NCBI RefSeq assembly: GCF_001194135.2
Contig: NC_068991.1
Location: 6,714,664 to 6,778,663, forward strand
Direction of reading: 5' to 3'
DNA length: 64,000 bases
DNA from: Octopus bimaculoides
Lineage: Eukaryota
Below, one piece after another: positions 22,891 to 36,465 of the stretch. The notes under the pieces were generated by a model, which saw only the letters and a list, made by a program, of their open reading frames with translations, was not told the DNA's origin and searched no databases. Each line of letters starts with the position of its first letter. Positions within the stretch are counted from its first letter, which is position 1. Made by a program: the position numbers and the translations under genes.

Positions 22891-23271
22891 GAGTATAATA
22901 TTACGAGTTGAGAAATGTCGGTTCGTTTTCTTTCGTTGTTGTAAATTTAGGTTAAGGCAACTCAACCTGAGTCTGTACTTAATGCGTTGCTGTGAATATA
23001 ACAGAAGTGAAAGGAGAACGGCAAAAGCATAGATTTATAAATTTAACATAGATATAATAATCTATAGCAGTATGAATTAAGGATTACCTTAAGTCACCCT
23101 TGTATGTTAATGCAAGCTTAACCTGATTTCGAGCTCCCTGCTGCTACCATAATTGCTCAGATGTGGTTTCAAGTTTTGTGGGCTTTGTGAAAATTAGTTT
23201 CTCACACATACACACACACACACAAACATATATGTATGTATATACATATATATGCATACGTATGTATGTGC

Positions 23272-23304
<33 letters not shown>

Positions 23305-23383
23305 ATATACATATACACACACACACACACACACATATAGATATACACGCATATGTATGCATGTGTGTGTGTGTGTGTATATA

Positions 23384-23545
23384 CGATGGGCTTCCACACA
23401 GTTTTCGTCTACCAAATTCATTTACAAGGTAATGGTCGACCCAGGGTCTGTAGTAGAAGACACTTGTCCAACGTGCCACGCCGTGGAACTGAACCCAAAA
23501 ACCAAGCGGTTGCAAAGCGAACTTCTTCATCACACAGACATGCCA
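23384..23545 (-). mobile_element. SINE family B, 5' half
   Basis: gggcttccacacagttttcgtctaccaaattc...gtagaagacacttgtccaacgtgccacgc. Confidence 0.88.
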
Positions 23546-24254
23546 GAGCCTATGGATGATGATTATATTTTTATTTCACCACATGGGATATAAAACATGG
23601 AACTATTCTCCATGTTCATTCACTTTCTAGCCTCACCTGTCAACGCAAGTTGCTCGCAGTAATTTATACTTCGACTTGATGTCGCGCTTTCCTCAGTATT
23701 CTGATTCGTTGATATTGAAACGGTCAAAGATAACACGAAGTTGTGACTTACAAATTATGATACTGAAATTTTCCCCGCAGAGAAAAAAAACTTCAATCGT
23801 CTTCCTTCGAATTCTTAACTTCAAGTCAAATAGAATTTTACCAAGTATTTGATCCAAATTCCTTAGTATTCAACAAAACAACGTGAACAACAATTACGAC
23901 AACAGCAGCAGCAGCAACGACGGCGACGACAACAACAACAACAATAGTAATTGCATATAAAGTTTGTTGATATCCAACCTGTTTTGCTGCTAGACTTCAG
24001 ATGACATCTGGAATACATCCACCGCCTACTTTATTTAATATACATTGCTACACGTTTAAGTACAAGTGGGGAGGATTGTTGAATTTGAAATAAATGAAAC
24101 TTAATCTAATATATTTTATTTAAGTAACAAGATTTTATACATACTATTTACACACCAATTCTTCCGTTTCGCTTGGTGAAATGACAAATATGTAACTGAT
24201 TATCTACATATTTTGAAAATAATTGAAATTTTTCATTTTACTGTGAAATGTTGG

Positions 24255-24437
24255 TTTCAAACTTTCGCACAAGGCCAGCAATTTCGGGTGAGTGATAAGT
24301 CGATTACATGGACCCCAGTGCTCAGCTGGTTCTTATTTTATCGATCTCGAAAGAATGAAAGGCAAAATCGACCTCGGTGGAATTTGAACTCAGAACGTAA
24401 AGACGAGCGATATGCTGCTAAGCATTTTGCCCGCCTT
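24255..24437 (-). mobile_element. SINE family A
   Basis: gcacaaggccagcaatttc...atgaaaggcaaaatcgacctcggtggaatttgaactcagaacg. Confidence 0.9.
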
Positions 24438-24454
24438 ACACTGCAGAGAAATAT

Positions 24455-24652
24455 CCGCCCAACATCGCTTAACAACCGATGTCGGTGTGTTTACATCCCC
24501 ATAACTTAGCGGTTCGGCAAAAGAGACTAATAGAATAAGTACCAGGCTTACAAAGAATAAGTCCCGGGGTCGATTTGTTCGACTAAAGGCGGTGTTCCAG
24601 CATGGCCGCAGTCAAATGACTGAAACAAGTAAAAGAATAATAGAATAAAAGA
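24455..24652 (+). mobile_element. SINE family B, 3' half
   Basis: aacatcgcttaacaaccgatg...ggggtcgatttgttcgactaaaggcggtgttccagcatggccgcagtcaaatgactg. Confidence 0.92.
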
Positions 24653-24689
24653 ATTTATGTAGTTATACTTATCAACAAGCGATCAGTGT

Positions 24690-24850
24690 AAAAATCGGAA
24701 GGTGCCTGGTCCTAACAAACGGCGCAGGCAAGCCTAATCATTCTTTACAAGAAAAAGTAAAGATGATCAAGAAAACACGCGTCAGAAGAGCCTCATTGCT
24801 GAAGGCCGCGAGTTTCGTGTCAATGAATCTACTGTTTGTTCCAAAGCGCG
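24690..24850 (+). pseudogene. pogo/Tigger-like transposase N-terminal HTH relic
   Basis: With one frameshift it reads PNKRRRQ..SLQEKVKMI...SLIAEGREFRVNESTV, resembling the CENP-B/psq-type LTL.EK....VNESTV motif. Confidence 0.6.
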
Positions 24851-25519
24851 TAAAGATGATTCATTTTTCACTCATTCATTAAACGCCGATTCATTAACCA
24901 CTGATTTATTTATCACGGTGGTTTTTATTATTATTTTGAAACCTAAACCCCGCTATAAACGAGGATAGATGTACGATACTTCCTTCACCTTTTATATGAA
25001 CGGCAGTGCGTTTGATGTTGATCCGATATTCAGAATGCTTCCGGTGTTCAAATACAATTTTAAAGTATGTTTGCCAGTTATCTATTCTAATGCAGTAATC
25101 CTGCACTGGCTCTATTTCCATAATAGCATACTCGTTCAACTTTCATGAACGACTGGGTGTTTAAGATTGATCAAATGCTCGCATATTTCAGAGATCCAAT
25201 ACAATTAAAAGTACACAAATTGCAATAATTAAACTAAACTGCAACGGTAAATGAGTCGACATTATTATTTATTTATTTATTTGTTATCGGATGCTAATTA
25301 ATAAACTTGCCATTCTGTTCCTCTGTTTCGATGTATTCAATAAATAATTAATCCTAATTATTATTTTTTCTTATAAGTAAGATTAATTGAGAGAATCAAA
25401 TTATTACTAAAGTGTTATAGACACCGTAGTATTAGCTAACCTCGTTAAATCGAATCTTGATGCTAAGGCATGGCTGCATGGTGAAGAAGCTCACCTGGCT
25501 GCCAGCGGGGTTTGAGTTC

Positions 25520-25702
25520 AGGGAAGGGGACCTGTCGATTAGATCGACCCCAGTACGCAACTCGTACTTAATTTATCAACTCCGAAAGGATGAAAGGCCA
25601 AGTTGTCGACCTCGGCGGAATTTGAACTCAGAACGTAACGACAGACGAAATACCGCCAAGCGTTTCGCCCGGCGTGCCTACGATTCTGCCAGCTCGCCGC
25701 TC
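25520..25702 (-). mobile_element. SINE family A
   Basis: gtcgattagatcgaccccagtacgcaac...gacctcggcggaatttgaactcagaacg...gccagctcgccgc. Confidence 0.92.
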
Positions 25703-26383
25703 TTAATACTGTTATATATTGAATTCGCATAATGTAGCATTTAGACTTTGTATTTATAGGTTTGGTATGAAACGGGATCAAGTTCTATAGAGGTGCGGTC
25801 CACCCATTCAAATTAGTCACATAGTTCACTATGTCTGAGCTGGCATCTTCCCCGTTTAACCTTCTAAAATGCTTCAAACATGTCAGCCGGCAGATAAACA
25901 TCAAGCATTAGCTAAAATGATATATAGGATATTCATTTTGATTACTCACCATTATCAGGGAGTGAGTGTTGCTATCAGAAATGATGTTAACAGGACACGA
26001 GGTGGGGGTTTGATCCAGACGTGACTGGATCGTCTGGATGAGGGTGTCTGATGATGAAAGACCCGAAACCGTTACATTACTGATGATGTATTTAGGTGCA
26101 TCACAGGATGATGAATGGAAAAACTATGTTTTGGTCCTTCGTATACTGTTGAATCCGTAAAAGTATTTATAATTTGATAAAATAGCGGTATTTTTAATGG
26201 TAATTCAGAGCTCATTTGAGACTCGCCGCCTTACATTGCTGTGAAATATTGGTAATGCTGGTAATGTTAAATACACCAGATTGTTTTATTGTCTTGGAGA
26301 ATTACAACACAATTTTGTGTAAAGAAGTGATTCTGTCAACTGCTCCAGTTATTTCTACTGTGAAAGTAGATATATAGGAACGG

Positions 26384-26438
<55 letters not shown>

Positions 26439-26734
26439 GCAGAGACAAAGACAAAGAGGGGAGAGGGTGGAGAGAGAAGGTTTGTGACATCTGTAACAGA
26501 ACTGGGTGTAGGGTAGCGGTGACTTATGAAAAGACAAAAAAAGAAGTGTTGAGGAAAAGACAATCAGGAGCTGATTGAGAAATGGACAGAGAAGGTGTTG
26601 ACTTTGCAGATCCAGGGATAAACCTGATGACAGTAAAAGATAGATTTCAGGAGGCCTGTTTATAACATTCGCTCCTCGGTGAATTTTCAAGGCGATAGGG
26701 TTGCCGGGAGATTAAGGCGAGGGACTCACTATTG

Positions 26735-27170
26735 GAATCCTTGCGTGGTCGTTCGATCTGGTAGAAATAACAACCAAATTTCTTTCAAATCACATGCTTA
26801 ACTTAAATTGGCACTCCTTCGGTTCCAGTTGATCCGATCAACAGAACAGCCTGCTCGTGAAATTAACGTGCAAGTGGTTGAGCATTCCACAGACACGCGT
26901 ACAATTAAACGTAGTTCTCAGGGAGATTCAACATGACACAAAATGGGACAAGACTGTTCCTTTGAAATACAGGTACTACTCATTTTTGCCAGCTGGGTGG
27001 ACTGGGGAAACGTGAAATAAAGTGACTTGCTCAAGGACACAACGTATCGCCGCGAATTGAACTCACAATCTTACGATAGTGAGACGAATATCCTAACCAC
27101 TAAGCCACGAGCCTTCACAATACTTTCCCTAAATATGGAAGGACACTTTAGATAACGTAGTCTTAAGTCA
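26735..27170 (+). mobile_element. Unclassified dispersed repeat (family F) interrupted by a family C SINE
   Basis: gaaataacaaccaaatttctttcaaatcaca (left) continues as ggaaggacactttagataacgtagtc (right). Related pieces at ~17800, 20040-20345, 28375, 29520, 37060, 57680 and 62660. Confidence 0.6.
26809..27119 (-). mobile_element. SINE family C, near full length
   Basis: Co-linear with 5678-6002 (gtgaaattaacgtgcaagtgg...aacgtgaaataaagtgacttgctcaaggacacaac...taaccactaagccacg). Confidence 0.9.
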
Positions 27171-27320
27171 GTCACGGACAACCTGCGGACCGCGGGGCTT
27201 TCTTAATGCCACTCTTAACGAAAAATTCCCTTGAATTGCTTTAGCTGTGCGGCCCGCCTGATTATGGGTTATGTCCCATGCGGCCCGCTTCTCGCAAAAT
27301 GTTGCCCGTACCAAAATAGG
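27171..27320 (+). mobile_element. hAT/Charlie-like MITE relic
   Basis: Starts cagtcacggacaacctgcggaccgcgggg, has repeated gcggccc subterminal motifs, and ends aaaatgttgcccg. Confidence 0.55.
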
Positions 27321-28504
27321 ATTGTCAAGGTTTTGATGATCATAGTTCTGCTCGATAGGATTGAACTGGGACGAAACAACAACATCGACAGTAACAAGAG
27401 GTGCAGCAATAACAACAGCAGCAGCAATAACAACAGCAGCAGCAGCAACAGTAGCAGCAACAGCAACTAATTATAGGGTTAACTGGTTGTTAATTAGTGC
27501 TATTAGTATATATGTATATTCTACAAGCAAACTTAACGAGTCTGTGTGTTTAATGATATGGCGACTAAAATCGTGGAAGCCGAATATTTATTTTGAATAC
27601 TTATTGACCCCGATTTCTACTTCAACTTAATAATAAAAATCAATGAATTGCTGTTTGTAATCAGATTAATAAATAACAACAAAGTTTATGATTTAAAAAC
27701 ACGGGACAAATTAATTATTCTAACGACACAGCATCATTAATTACACGTCACCTTCAACACATCAAACATGACCGGTTGTTGTAATGAAACCCATTTACAA
27801 CGGAGTAAAAACCTGCACCAAGTAAACATAGCGATTTATCACAGGTTTTATTGAGTAAGAGCTTCTGAAATAACAAAGACAAATCACCTCGTTGTTGTAT
27901 TAGGGAATTTAATCCACTGGATGCAATTACCAATGCACAGTCGGTTTGTTTTGTGTTTGATTTTGTATCTGTGCGATGCACTTCTTCATTAACATTTGAC
28001 ATCGATGTATCAGATATCAATCTGCTACACTATTTTTGAAAGCCATGGTTAGACTAGAACCATACAACTTTGAAATATATTCATTCTTTCTCGTTTATCT
28101 AATTTCAAGCGCCAACACTACCATCTGTTACCTAAATCCAAGGCAGAGCAATACCATCTGGTGCCTAATCCAAGCTTCCCCTACACTCCACCACCTGATA
28201 CATAATCCAAGTTCTCTCACCCCTCTACCTGGTAATTTTGGTATCTTTAGTGAGTCCACTCTGTTGCAACCATTCGCGTCAGGTTTGAGGATATTTCCCT
28301 GCCTCCCTCCCATTAGTCTTGGAAGACGGTGTACCCAGGCTGCCTTATTTAATATATACTTCTTTTTCTAATATTGTAGGGTGTGATTTGAAGGAGATTT
28401 AGCTATTATTTCTAAGAGAGGAAGGACAACGTAAAGGCTCCCTCACTGGCTCGTCATATTTGTCTATTTCTTAAGATAATAAAATGGTTAACCAATGAGA
28501 TATA

Positions 28505-28651
28505 CCGCATTTACTCGTGAATAAGTCGCACTATTTTAAACTTGATTTTAGCTGAAAAACTACAGTTCGACTTATACAGAGAGCAAAGAGTTAACGCAAC
28601 ATATGGGGTTCGACTTATACATGAGTGCGATTTATACACGAGTAAATACAG
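28505..28651. mobile_element. Tc2/Kanga-like (pogo superfamily) MITE
   Basis: 27-bp imperfect TIRs ccgcatttactcgtgaataagtcgcac / gtgcgatttatacacgagtaaatacag; TA on the left; internal cgacttatac repeats. Confidence 0.8.
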
Positions 28652-29199
28652 TGTTTAACCAATGAAATGTATCTCAATGTTGCGATATTAAGAATTGAGA
28701 TCTATATCATATCCATGTTAATCTTTTCTGAAAGAAATACGCATTAATACAACAGAAAGTAGCCATTTTTTTTCTTCCTCGCAGGCTGTAAAAGTGTTAA
28801 GTGCCTGGCCGTGTTGGTTTAATTTATTATGAGCGAAGGAGTAAAGAAAAAATGGTTCTACCTTTTATTGCAACACCTGTAAAATAGTGGGAACTAGCGT
28901 AAGTACATTATCGGCCAGTATGAGTGAGACATGGGACGTGAAATTATCTTAACTCATGTGTGAACAGATAGATTGGTTATAAGAATTTAATAAACGAAAT
29001 AATCTTATTAAATGGAGTGGTGAAGTGTTTTGTTTCAGATAAAACAAGATTACACACAACCTATGACGGCCTACAGACTAACACCATGTGCAGCGTACAA
29101 CAACAGAATTGTTTCTTTCAGCCGTTGCTAACATGGCGAGTGTAGAAAACCTACTTTGACATTCATTCATATTACAAATACATTTACTTTGTGTTAAAT

Positions 29200-29402
29200 A
29201 GATTCCACCGTTCAGCGTTAAGATTACACTATCAAATGCAATTCTTATTTATTCACCCTGTTTTTGAATTAATCATGCTTTATCTCGTAGCTTCGAGGTT
29301 TCGATGATGTAATTGTTTATTTTTCGAATGACATTGGTCGGTTTAAACATAAAACGGATAAAAATGCTTGGGCCGGATATGGCTGGCTTAAATACTAAAA
29401 GA
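29200..29402. mobile_element. TTAA-type (piggyBac-like) MITE, diverged copy
   Basis: ttatctcgtagcttcgaggtttcgatgatgtaattgtttattttt...atggctggcttaaatactaaa is shared with 57040-57248. Confidence 0.55.
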
Positions 29403-29792
29403 GAGACAATGAAGTTTTCAATCTCCTAGTCTTACAATCTTTACTAAACAGACATATAGACATCGTATCAACAAGGAAGTCTCTGTCTACAGACATAAAA
29501 TATTACAGTGTTATCTGATGTAGTATACTTTGGTAGAAATAGCAGCCGAATCTCCCCTTAAATCGCACCCTATTTTCTTATATACAAAAAGAATATGTGA
29601 GGAAGACAGTTTCCGTAACCCCCTTACAAGGCTTCTGAGACTTATGGGAGGAAAGTATATTAAAATAGGAAGCCCCGGCCCGAATGCTCGCAACAGGTGG
29701 TGGGTCCTGTTAAACCGTGAGATGTGTTAAGTCGACCACGAAACCGTACATACTCGAAAAAATGGTCGGCTTGAGCAAAGTTGGCCAAAAGC

Positions 29793-29824
<32 letters not shown>

Positions 29825-30170
29825 CTGTGGCTGTGGTGAATCTCCGTCGTTCGTCGATGAGAAATTGTTCGTTCGAACAAATGGATGACCTTTCTTCTGA
29901 ATTAACAAATGAATAACAGCACATTCCACAGACGCCTACAATCTTGACGCAATTCTCCGGCAATAGCAGCGTGACATGGTGTGTGACAAGACTGCACATT
30001 CTTTTTTATGAGCTACAGGTATAATCCATCCGACGGGCTTCTATGCAGTTTCCATCGTGTCTATTTCATTCACAAGGTATGGGTCGACTATGAATTTCCA
30101 GTGGTAACAAAATGAACTTAACTATTCGGTGACACCGCACTGAGTAACAACACACACTAGTCTGTGCGCG

Positions 30171-30220
<50 letters not shown>

Positions 30221-30472
30221 NNNNNNNNNNNNNNNNNNNNNNNNNNNNNNNNNNNNNNNNNNNNNNNNNNNNNNNNNNNNNNNNNNNNNNNNNNNNNNNN
30301 NNNNNNNNNNNNNNNNNNNNNNNNNNNNNNNNNNNNNNNNNNNNNNNNNNNNNNNNNNNNNNNNNNNNNNNNATATATATTTGTTTGTGTGTGTATGTGC
30401 GTAGTATGTGTGTATATATATATATATGCATATATATATATATATATATGCACACACTCACACACACACACA

Positions 30473-30511
<39 letters not shown>

Positions 30512-31019
30512 CCTCCCTCTCTCGCTCACACATGTATTGTTTCCTTATCGCAAATCATTTATTTCGTGTCACTTTCTTCAAAAAAACCGTATTCTTAACA
30601 CTCCGTTAACCAAGAGGAGTTTTCATCAAACAATGGCGATCCTATTAATACAAGACACATTTCCATAAACAATAGAACGAGAGAAATATTGCCTTCCCAA
30701 ACACTTTACTTCTAGAAATGAAAGAAACAGAATTACCAAAACAATAGTGTCATTATACACTTATTATATGTACATTCCTAAATAATGGAATTGCAAGTGA
30801 TATCAGATATATTTTTCCCAAATAAAGACGCTTTTGTATTATTAGCATTAGAAATAAACTTGCTTGGCTTTATGTGTTGCTTATTAACAAAAGAAATAGA
30901 TTTTCCCAAACCAGGCAGCTCAGCGATGATATTTGAATATTTAGACTTGTGTAGTTGAGAAGTTATATTTAGGACTTTAAGTTCAGATTTATCATCTTCC
31001 TACTCGGTGAAAGTGAATC

Positions 31020-31470
31020 GTTTTTTCAAATTTTGGAACGAGGCCAGCAATTTTTTTTTTTTTTTTTTTTTTGGTGTTGAAGTGGTTTAGTAGATTAAAC
31101 CCCAACACTTGTATCTTGATCCCAACACTTGAATCTTGAATAAGGCTGGCAGAAACGTTAGCACGCCGGGCGAAATGCTTAGCGGTATTTCGTCTGTCCT
31201 CACGTTCTTCAGTTCAAATTTCGTCGAGGTCAACTTTGCCTGTCATCCTTTCAGGGTCGATAAATTAAGTACCAGTTGCGTACTGGGGTCGATCTAATAG
31301 ACTGGCCCCCCTCCCCCAAAATTTCGGGCCTTGTGCCTCGAGTAGGAAAGAATACTTGAATCTTCAATGATACCTTATCTTAACGACCCCGAAAAGATGA
31401 AATGCAAGGCTAACCTCAGCAGTATTTAATCTCAGAACGTAAAAAAAATTAGGAGAAATGCCTCTAAGCA
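31020..31470 (-). mobile_element. Old family A SINE split by a younger family A insertion
   Basis: Tail part at 31020-31120; core/head part at 31369-31470 (gaccccgaaaagatgaaatgcaaggctaacctcagc). Confidence 0.7.
31142..31353 (+). mobile_element. Young family A SINE with 15-bp target-site duplication
   Basis: Flanked by acttgaatcttgaat (31127-31141) and acttgaatcttcaat (31354-31368). Confidence 0.92.
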
Positions 31471-31534
31471 TCCCATCACACACACACACACACATACATA
31501 CATACACATATGTATGTATACACATACACATCCT

Positions 31535-31692
31535 CCTAACTTAGCGGCTCAACAAAAGAGACGAAAAGAATAAGTTCCAGACATTTAAAATATGAGTACT
31601 GGGGTCGATTTGTCCGACTAAACCTTTCCAGATGAGGTCCGAACATGTCCGTGTTCCAGTGACAGAAACAAATAAAGATAAAATAAAAGATG
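31535..31692 (+). mobile_element. SINE family B, 3' part, degenerate
   Basis: aacttagcggctcaacaaaagagac...gagtactggggtcgatttgtccgactaaa. Confidence 0.75.
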
Positions 31693-32571
31693 ACATCTCA
31701 GACGGCAGACGACATTAAATACAAACCTGTTTTCGTTTTGTGTAAGTTTGTCTTTTTCTATTTTTATATTTATTTAACACAGAAGTTCCCAAATATCGCA
31801 TGTCACTGATATTCCCAAGGTGTGATGAGAAGCCCAATCAAATCTGATGAATTTTTACGAATATTTTTGGCTGTGAAAAATATTTAAAATCTGGGTGTAA
31901 TGAGCTAGGTATATAATGAGACACGTGACCGGTAACACGTGATATTATATTTAATGGCTAACAAAACTTCGTGTGCCATACAAAAATACGCAAAGAAAAA
32001 GTTTTAAGATAAAGCTTAATTATTTTTTAAAAACGTATCAATATACAATATAAGCAAATTAATTTTTTTTTTAATTAGGTAACATGTTTTTATTAATTGA
32101 AAACAAGAAACAAAACAAAATCTGTCAAAATTTACCTATTGTAGCGTTGTAAATGCGGCACTGGAAAATCTCTGTTGTGCTCTCTTTTCAATACACACAC
32201 ACACACACACGCACACCCATATGTGTGTGTGTGTGTGTGTGTGTGTAATAAGGGTGGCTTATTCGCAATTTTACAACCGAAAGGCAGAAATATATATGTC
32301 ACTAGAGTGGCTGAGGGCACTAGTCAGCACCAGTGTTGCTATATAAATTTGAAGAAAAATATAACCCCACCCCCACCACACCCAAATCCCATATATAGAA
32401 TCACAAAGCCCCAAATCCTCAGATCTATTAGACAACGAATGTGAAAAGTTCTCCAAAAAAGTTAATAAGAAATTTTGTTTTTGAATCTCCACACCCAAGT
32501 TAACAAAGAACTTACTAGATCTATGAGCTAGAATTTATATTATTAAAAAAATAATAAATTAAACTGACCTC

Positions 32572-32726
32572 AATACGATACTGGTACTTAAATTTATCGA
32601 ACCCCCGAAAGGATGAAAGGCAAAGTTGACGTCGGTGGAGGTTTGAACTCAGAACGTTAGCGGCAGACGAAATATCGGTAAACATTTCGTCCGGCGCTCT
32701 AGCGATTCTGCCAGCTCACCGCCTTA
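32572..32726 (-). mobile_element. SINE family A, 5' part
   Basis: ctggtacttaaatttatcg...gatgaaaggcaaagttgacgtcgg...gccagctcaccgcctta. Confidence 0.88.
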
Positions 32727-32765
32727 ATAATATTAACGATAATGATGACAATAATAATGATGATG

Positions 32766-32808
<43 letters not shown>

Positions 32809-33333
32809 CGGTGGCGGCGGCGGCGGTGGAGGTGGTGGTGGTGATGATGATGATAAAAGTCAAACAAATCTCTACAACTTTTCATCGCCTTTCATGAAAT
32901 TCTAACCTCCAGCGATTTTGTTTATGGAGCTTAAAGTAGAATCCAGCATGCTGTAAATTCAACTTTTGAGTCATTAGTCTCTGGAGAGAAGAGTTATTTG
33001 GTAAATGAGATTTGCTAAGGAGGGTGTGGTTAAGACGAGGCCGAGTCTGCCTCTAATGGGACAATATCCACATTGTGCTCTCTGTTTGTTTTGGGTGTGA
33101 ATTTTTATTTTCTTTACACACAAAGTGTCCAGTGTTTTAGATTAAATAACAGGAAGACGATAACAACACCAACACCAACAACAACAACAATAACAACAAT
33201 GATAATAAGGAAGAGAGAAGACATGATGACGACAATGGCGATTGTAGTGATAATGATGATGATGATGACTGCGTCTATTATTATTATTATTATTATTAGG
33301 ATTACTATTTTGTTGTTGTTGTTGTTGTTGTTT

Positions 33334-33535
33334 TAAGGCGACCAGCTGGTGGAATCGTTAGCACGCCGGACGAAATGCTCAGCGGTATTTCGTCTGCCGA
33401 TAGGTTCTGAGTTCAAATACCGCCGAGATCAACTTTGTCTTTTATCCCTTTCGGAATTGGTAAAATAATAAGTATCAACTGGAACACCGGAGTCNNNNNN
33501 NNNNTCAGGCCTTGCGCTTATAGTAGTAGAAAGGA
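33334..33535 (+). mobile_element. SINE family A spanning a 10-N gap
   Basis: aaggcgaccagctggtggaatcgttagcacgccggacg...tcaggccttgcgcttatagtag. Confidence 0.85.
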
Positions 33536-33659
33536 TTATTGTTATTGTTGTTGTTGTTGCTGCTGCTGGTGTTTTTCACTGCAAATTCGCTGAGATATAT
33601 TTTGCCTTTGTTTTGTACTAGATGCTTCCACGACGATTGTGGCCGATAAAGAAACCATT

Positions 33660-33695
<36 letters not shown>

Positions 33696-36279
33696 GTTGT
33701 CGTTGTTGTTGTTGTTATTGCTGTATTCTATCATTAGCGTAAAAACCAGAGATTTTTTGGTAGACTTAAGTTGACCCAGTTCTTCATGACTGATACTTGT
33801 TTTAACAACCCCGGAGGTTTGAAAGGCAAAGACGGCCCTCAGCGGGATAACAAATTCAGACCCCCTATAGAACGTAAACAGAACCCGAAATATATATAGG
33901 AGGGGATGGGAGGTAAGGGAAAAGTAATAGGCACGAAGTAAACTGAAAACGGGGTATGTGGAATGGATGACGAAAAGTAAATGGGTATGGATGAAAAAAT
34001 GGGGCCAAGGGGCAATGAGTGGGAGAGATTAAGGTAAAAGAACAAGGCGGATAAAGAAATATAATTGTCGCCTTAGAGATGAACACACAACAGGGACTGT
34101 AGCGTATATTATAAAAGGACTCTGTATTAAGGAAAGGGGCCTTAAATTAAAAACACAGCTACTTTATTGAATTAAGGACCAATATATATAATCAGCAAGC
34201 ATAGTAATCGAAATGAATACAAGAGCACCGACTGTTATTCGATTCATCAGCTTTGGCGCTAATCAATCGGGTGTGTTATGAAGACACATTCGTCGTAGAG
34301 GAAAAGCTGTTCTCCTATGACGCAACACAACAGGGAATAGTATGGTCATGTTCGAATCTGCCTGAACGTATTAAGAAAATGCAAGCCATCGTCGGTACTA
34401 TTTATCATTTTACCTAAAGGATGATATCTACCGTTTAGTCAACGTGTTTGAAATATTGAGATGGTTAATCCTGCAACCGAACGGCTTAGATATGGTAAAT
34501 TATGTGACGAATTAGAATCTTATTTCGTTTTAAACAAACCTAAAAGCACAAAGCATAAATGCTACAACATTATGCAAATTCACTAATGCAGGACATTGTT
34601 CCTAAGCAACTAAAATGAAGGAGTTAAGCATTCTCTTTGGATACGCAACCCTAATATAATGTAAATTTGTTTTTGTGGTCTAATGTGGAATATGGAAAGA
34701 CATGTGGCTGACTGTAAATACATGCAAATTGACGACGCTCAATGATGCAGAAATGCACATTTAGCATTCCCAACCAGCCACTGCCAGGAGGATTTTCGCC
34801 TACCTCTGCCATATTGTATTTCTAAACACAGCACATCCATAAAGATATTATATACAGTTAAATACTGCAGTAAATTTGCTTTTCGCGGTGTATGAAACAC
34901 AGATGGTTGTTTTAATCCACTTCTGTTGCACATAACGGATTCTTTTTGTAACGCTACAAATACTAATTCCTTAATTGTGCTATAGTTTTCCTAAACAGCA
35001 AAAGGTTAAAGAAGTAAAACTGCACATAACATACTGATTCATACCTGTCTAAACAGTCTCCATTTGAATTAATGGAAACGATTATAGAACGCATTACGGT
35101 ACCTGTAATATATTATTAATAATCTGGTTCGTTCAACCGATCTTATTTATGAGAAAAATAATAATTAAGCTCAGTTATTGCACAACTAGTTGAGATAAAG
35201 AGAATAGCAAGTCTTTTAATTAACGACCGAGGAAAATGAAGTCTGTTCAATTCAGCATTGCCATTCAATGTAATTATTGTAATTTGCGTAATTAAAATTT
35301 TGTTGGATCTCAAAATTTTTTTGAGCGTTAGATTAATCTTAAACACCTAGTCGTTTACAAACGTAAAAATTAGTACAATAATAGAGTTCTTAGTATGGGT
35401 CTCTTGAAATGCGAGGCCTCCTCTTACTACTAGGTTAATCCAGCATTAGATTAAAGTAGGACAAACAGGAATATGTTGAGGTGTTTTATAAAACCAGGGA
35501 ACTTCCGCATAACACATCGATCCGTTAAATATAACTGCCAAATATTTCTCAAAATTACATCCTCTAATCTTAAAAAGCGGGAAGGGCAAACACTGGGCAA
35601 TATAGTTCTTCCTTGATAAGGGAAAATTTAGGATGGTCAAGCATGTAACACTTTTGATTAAATCTCTGCTTTATCAGAGATTACTCTAGGGCTGGACACC
35701 AACGACGACAAGGAAAGCACAAACAACTACAACGACGAGGACGACGTCGACGACAACAACAACAGTAACGGCAACAACAACATCAGGAACAAAGCAACAA
35801 GCAAATAATTGTCTCCAACATTTTATTTGCTGTCATTTGGAATAGAAACTCGGTAAAATGTCAACAGATGGTAGAAATTCCAACATAACAAAACGTTCAA
35901 AATATAAGGTGTCTATGTCGTTTATTTCTACAAATAGTTTTCATATGACTCGGGGCAACTTCTGCCGATCGTATATTTAGCGGTGATGAACCCAGCTATT
36001 ATTACTATTATCTAGGTTTGGTGACTAATACTTTTGTTTTTCTTTTTAAATACAAATATGTCGCTTGGAAATACACACCCTACAGTAGTGTATACTCAAA
36101 ACCTTTATTACCATTTCCACATTGTAATTCTTCTAATATAATTTCATTCGCTGCCAGGATGCTTTTATGGAATATCAACTCGACACAGGCGCCTCATTTT
36201 ATCGCCCCCATAAAGATGGTCGACAAAATTGAGCTTTGTTTTCTTGTACAATTCATATGTGTATATATGTGTGTGTATG

Positions 36280-36317
<38 letters not shown>

Positions 36318-36346
36318 TATGTCCGTGTGTACGTATGCCCGTGTGT

Positions 36347-36347
36347 G

Positions 36348-36393
<46 letters not shown>

Positions 36394-36465
36394 AAGAAGA
36401 AGAAGAAGAAGAAGAAGAAGAAGAAGAAGAAGAAGAAGAAGAAGAAGAAGAAGAAGAAGAAGAAT
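36347..36465. repeat. Compound (AGT)n/(AGA)n microsatellite
   Basis: Read directly. Confidence 0.95.

Noticed and set aside
24906-25139. 77-aa minus-strand ORF beside the Tigger relic
   Set aside because: No recognisable motif, a stop lies immediately upstream, and there are no convincing splice sites. Unresolved without BLAST.
28050-28345. GC-richer segment, possibly a LINE 5' region (and a possible LINE tail at 29640-29825)
   Set aside because: Single copies with no diagnostic protein motif; class cannot be supported.
34225-34255. Minus-strand CUGAUGA followed by a hairpin (also CUGAUGA/CUGAAGA at ~26625, ~31853 and 48279-48327)
   Set aside because: No correctly placed G-C closing pair plus GAAA and UH, so not hammerheads.
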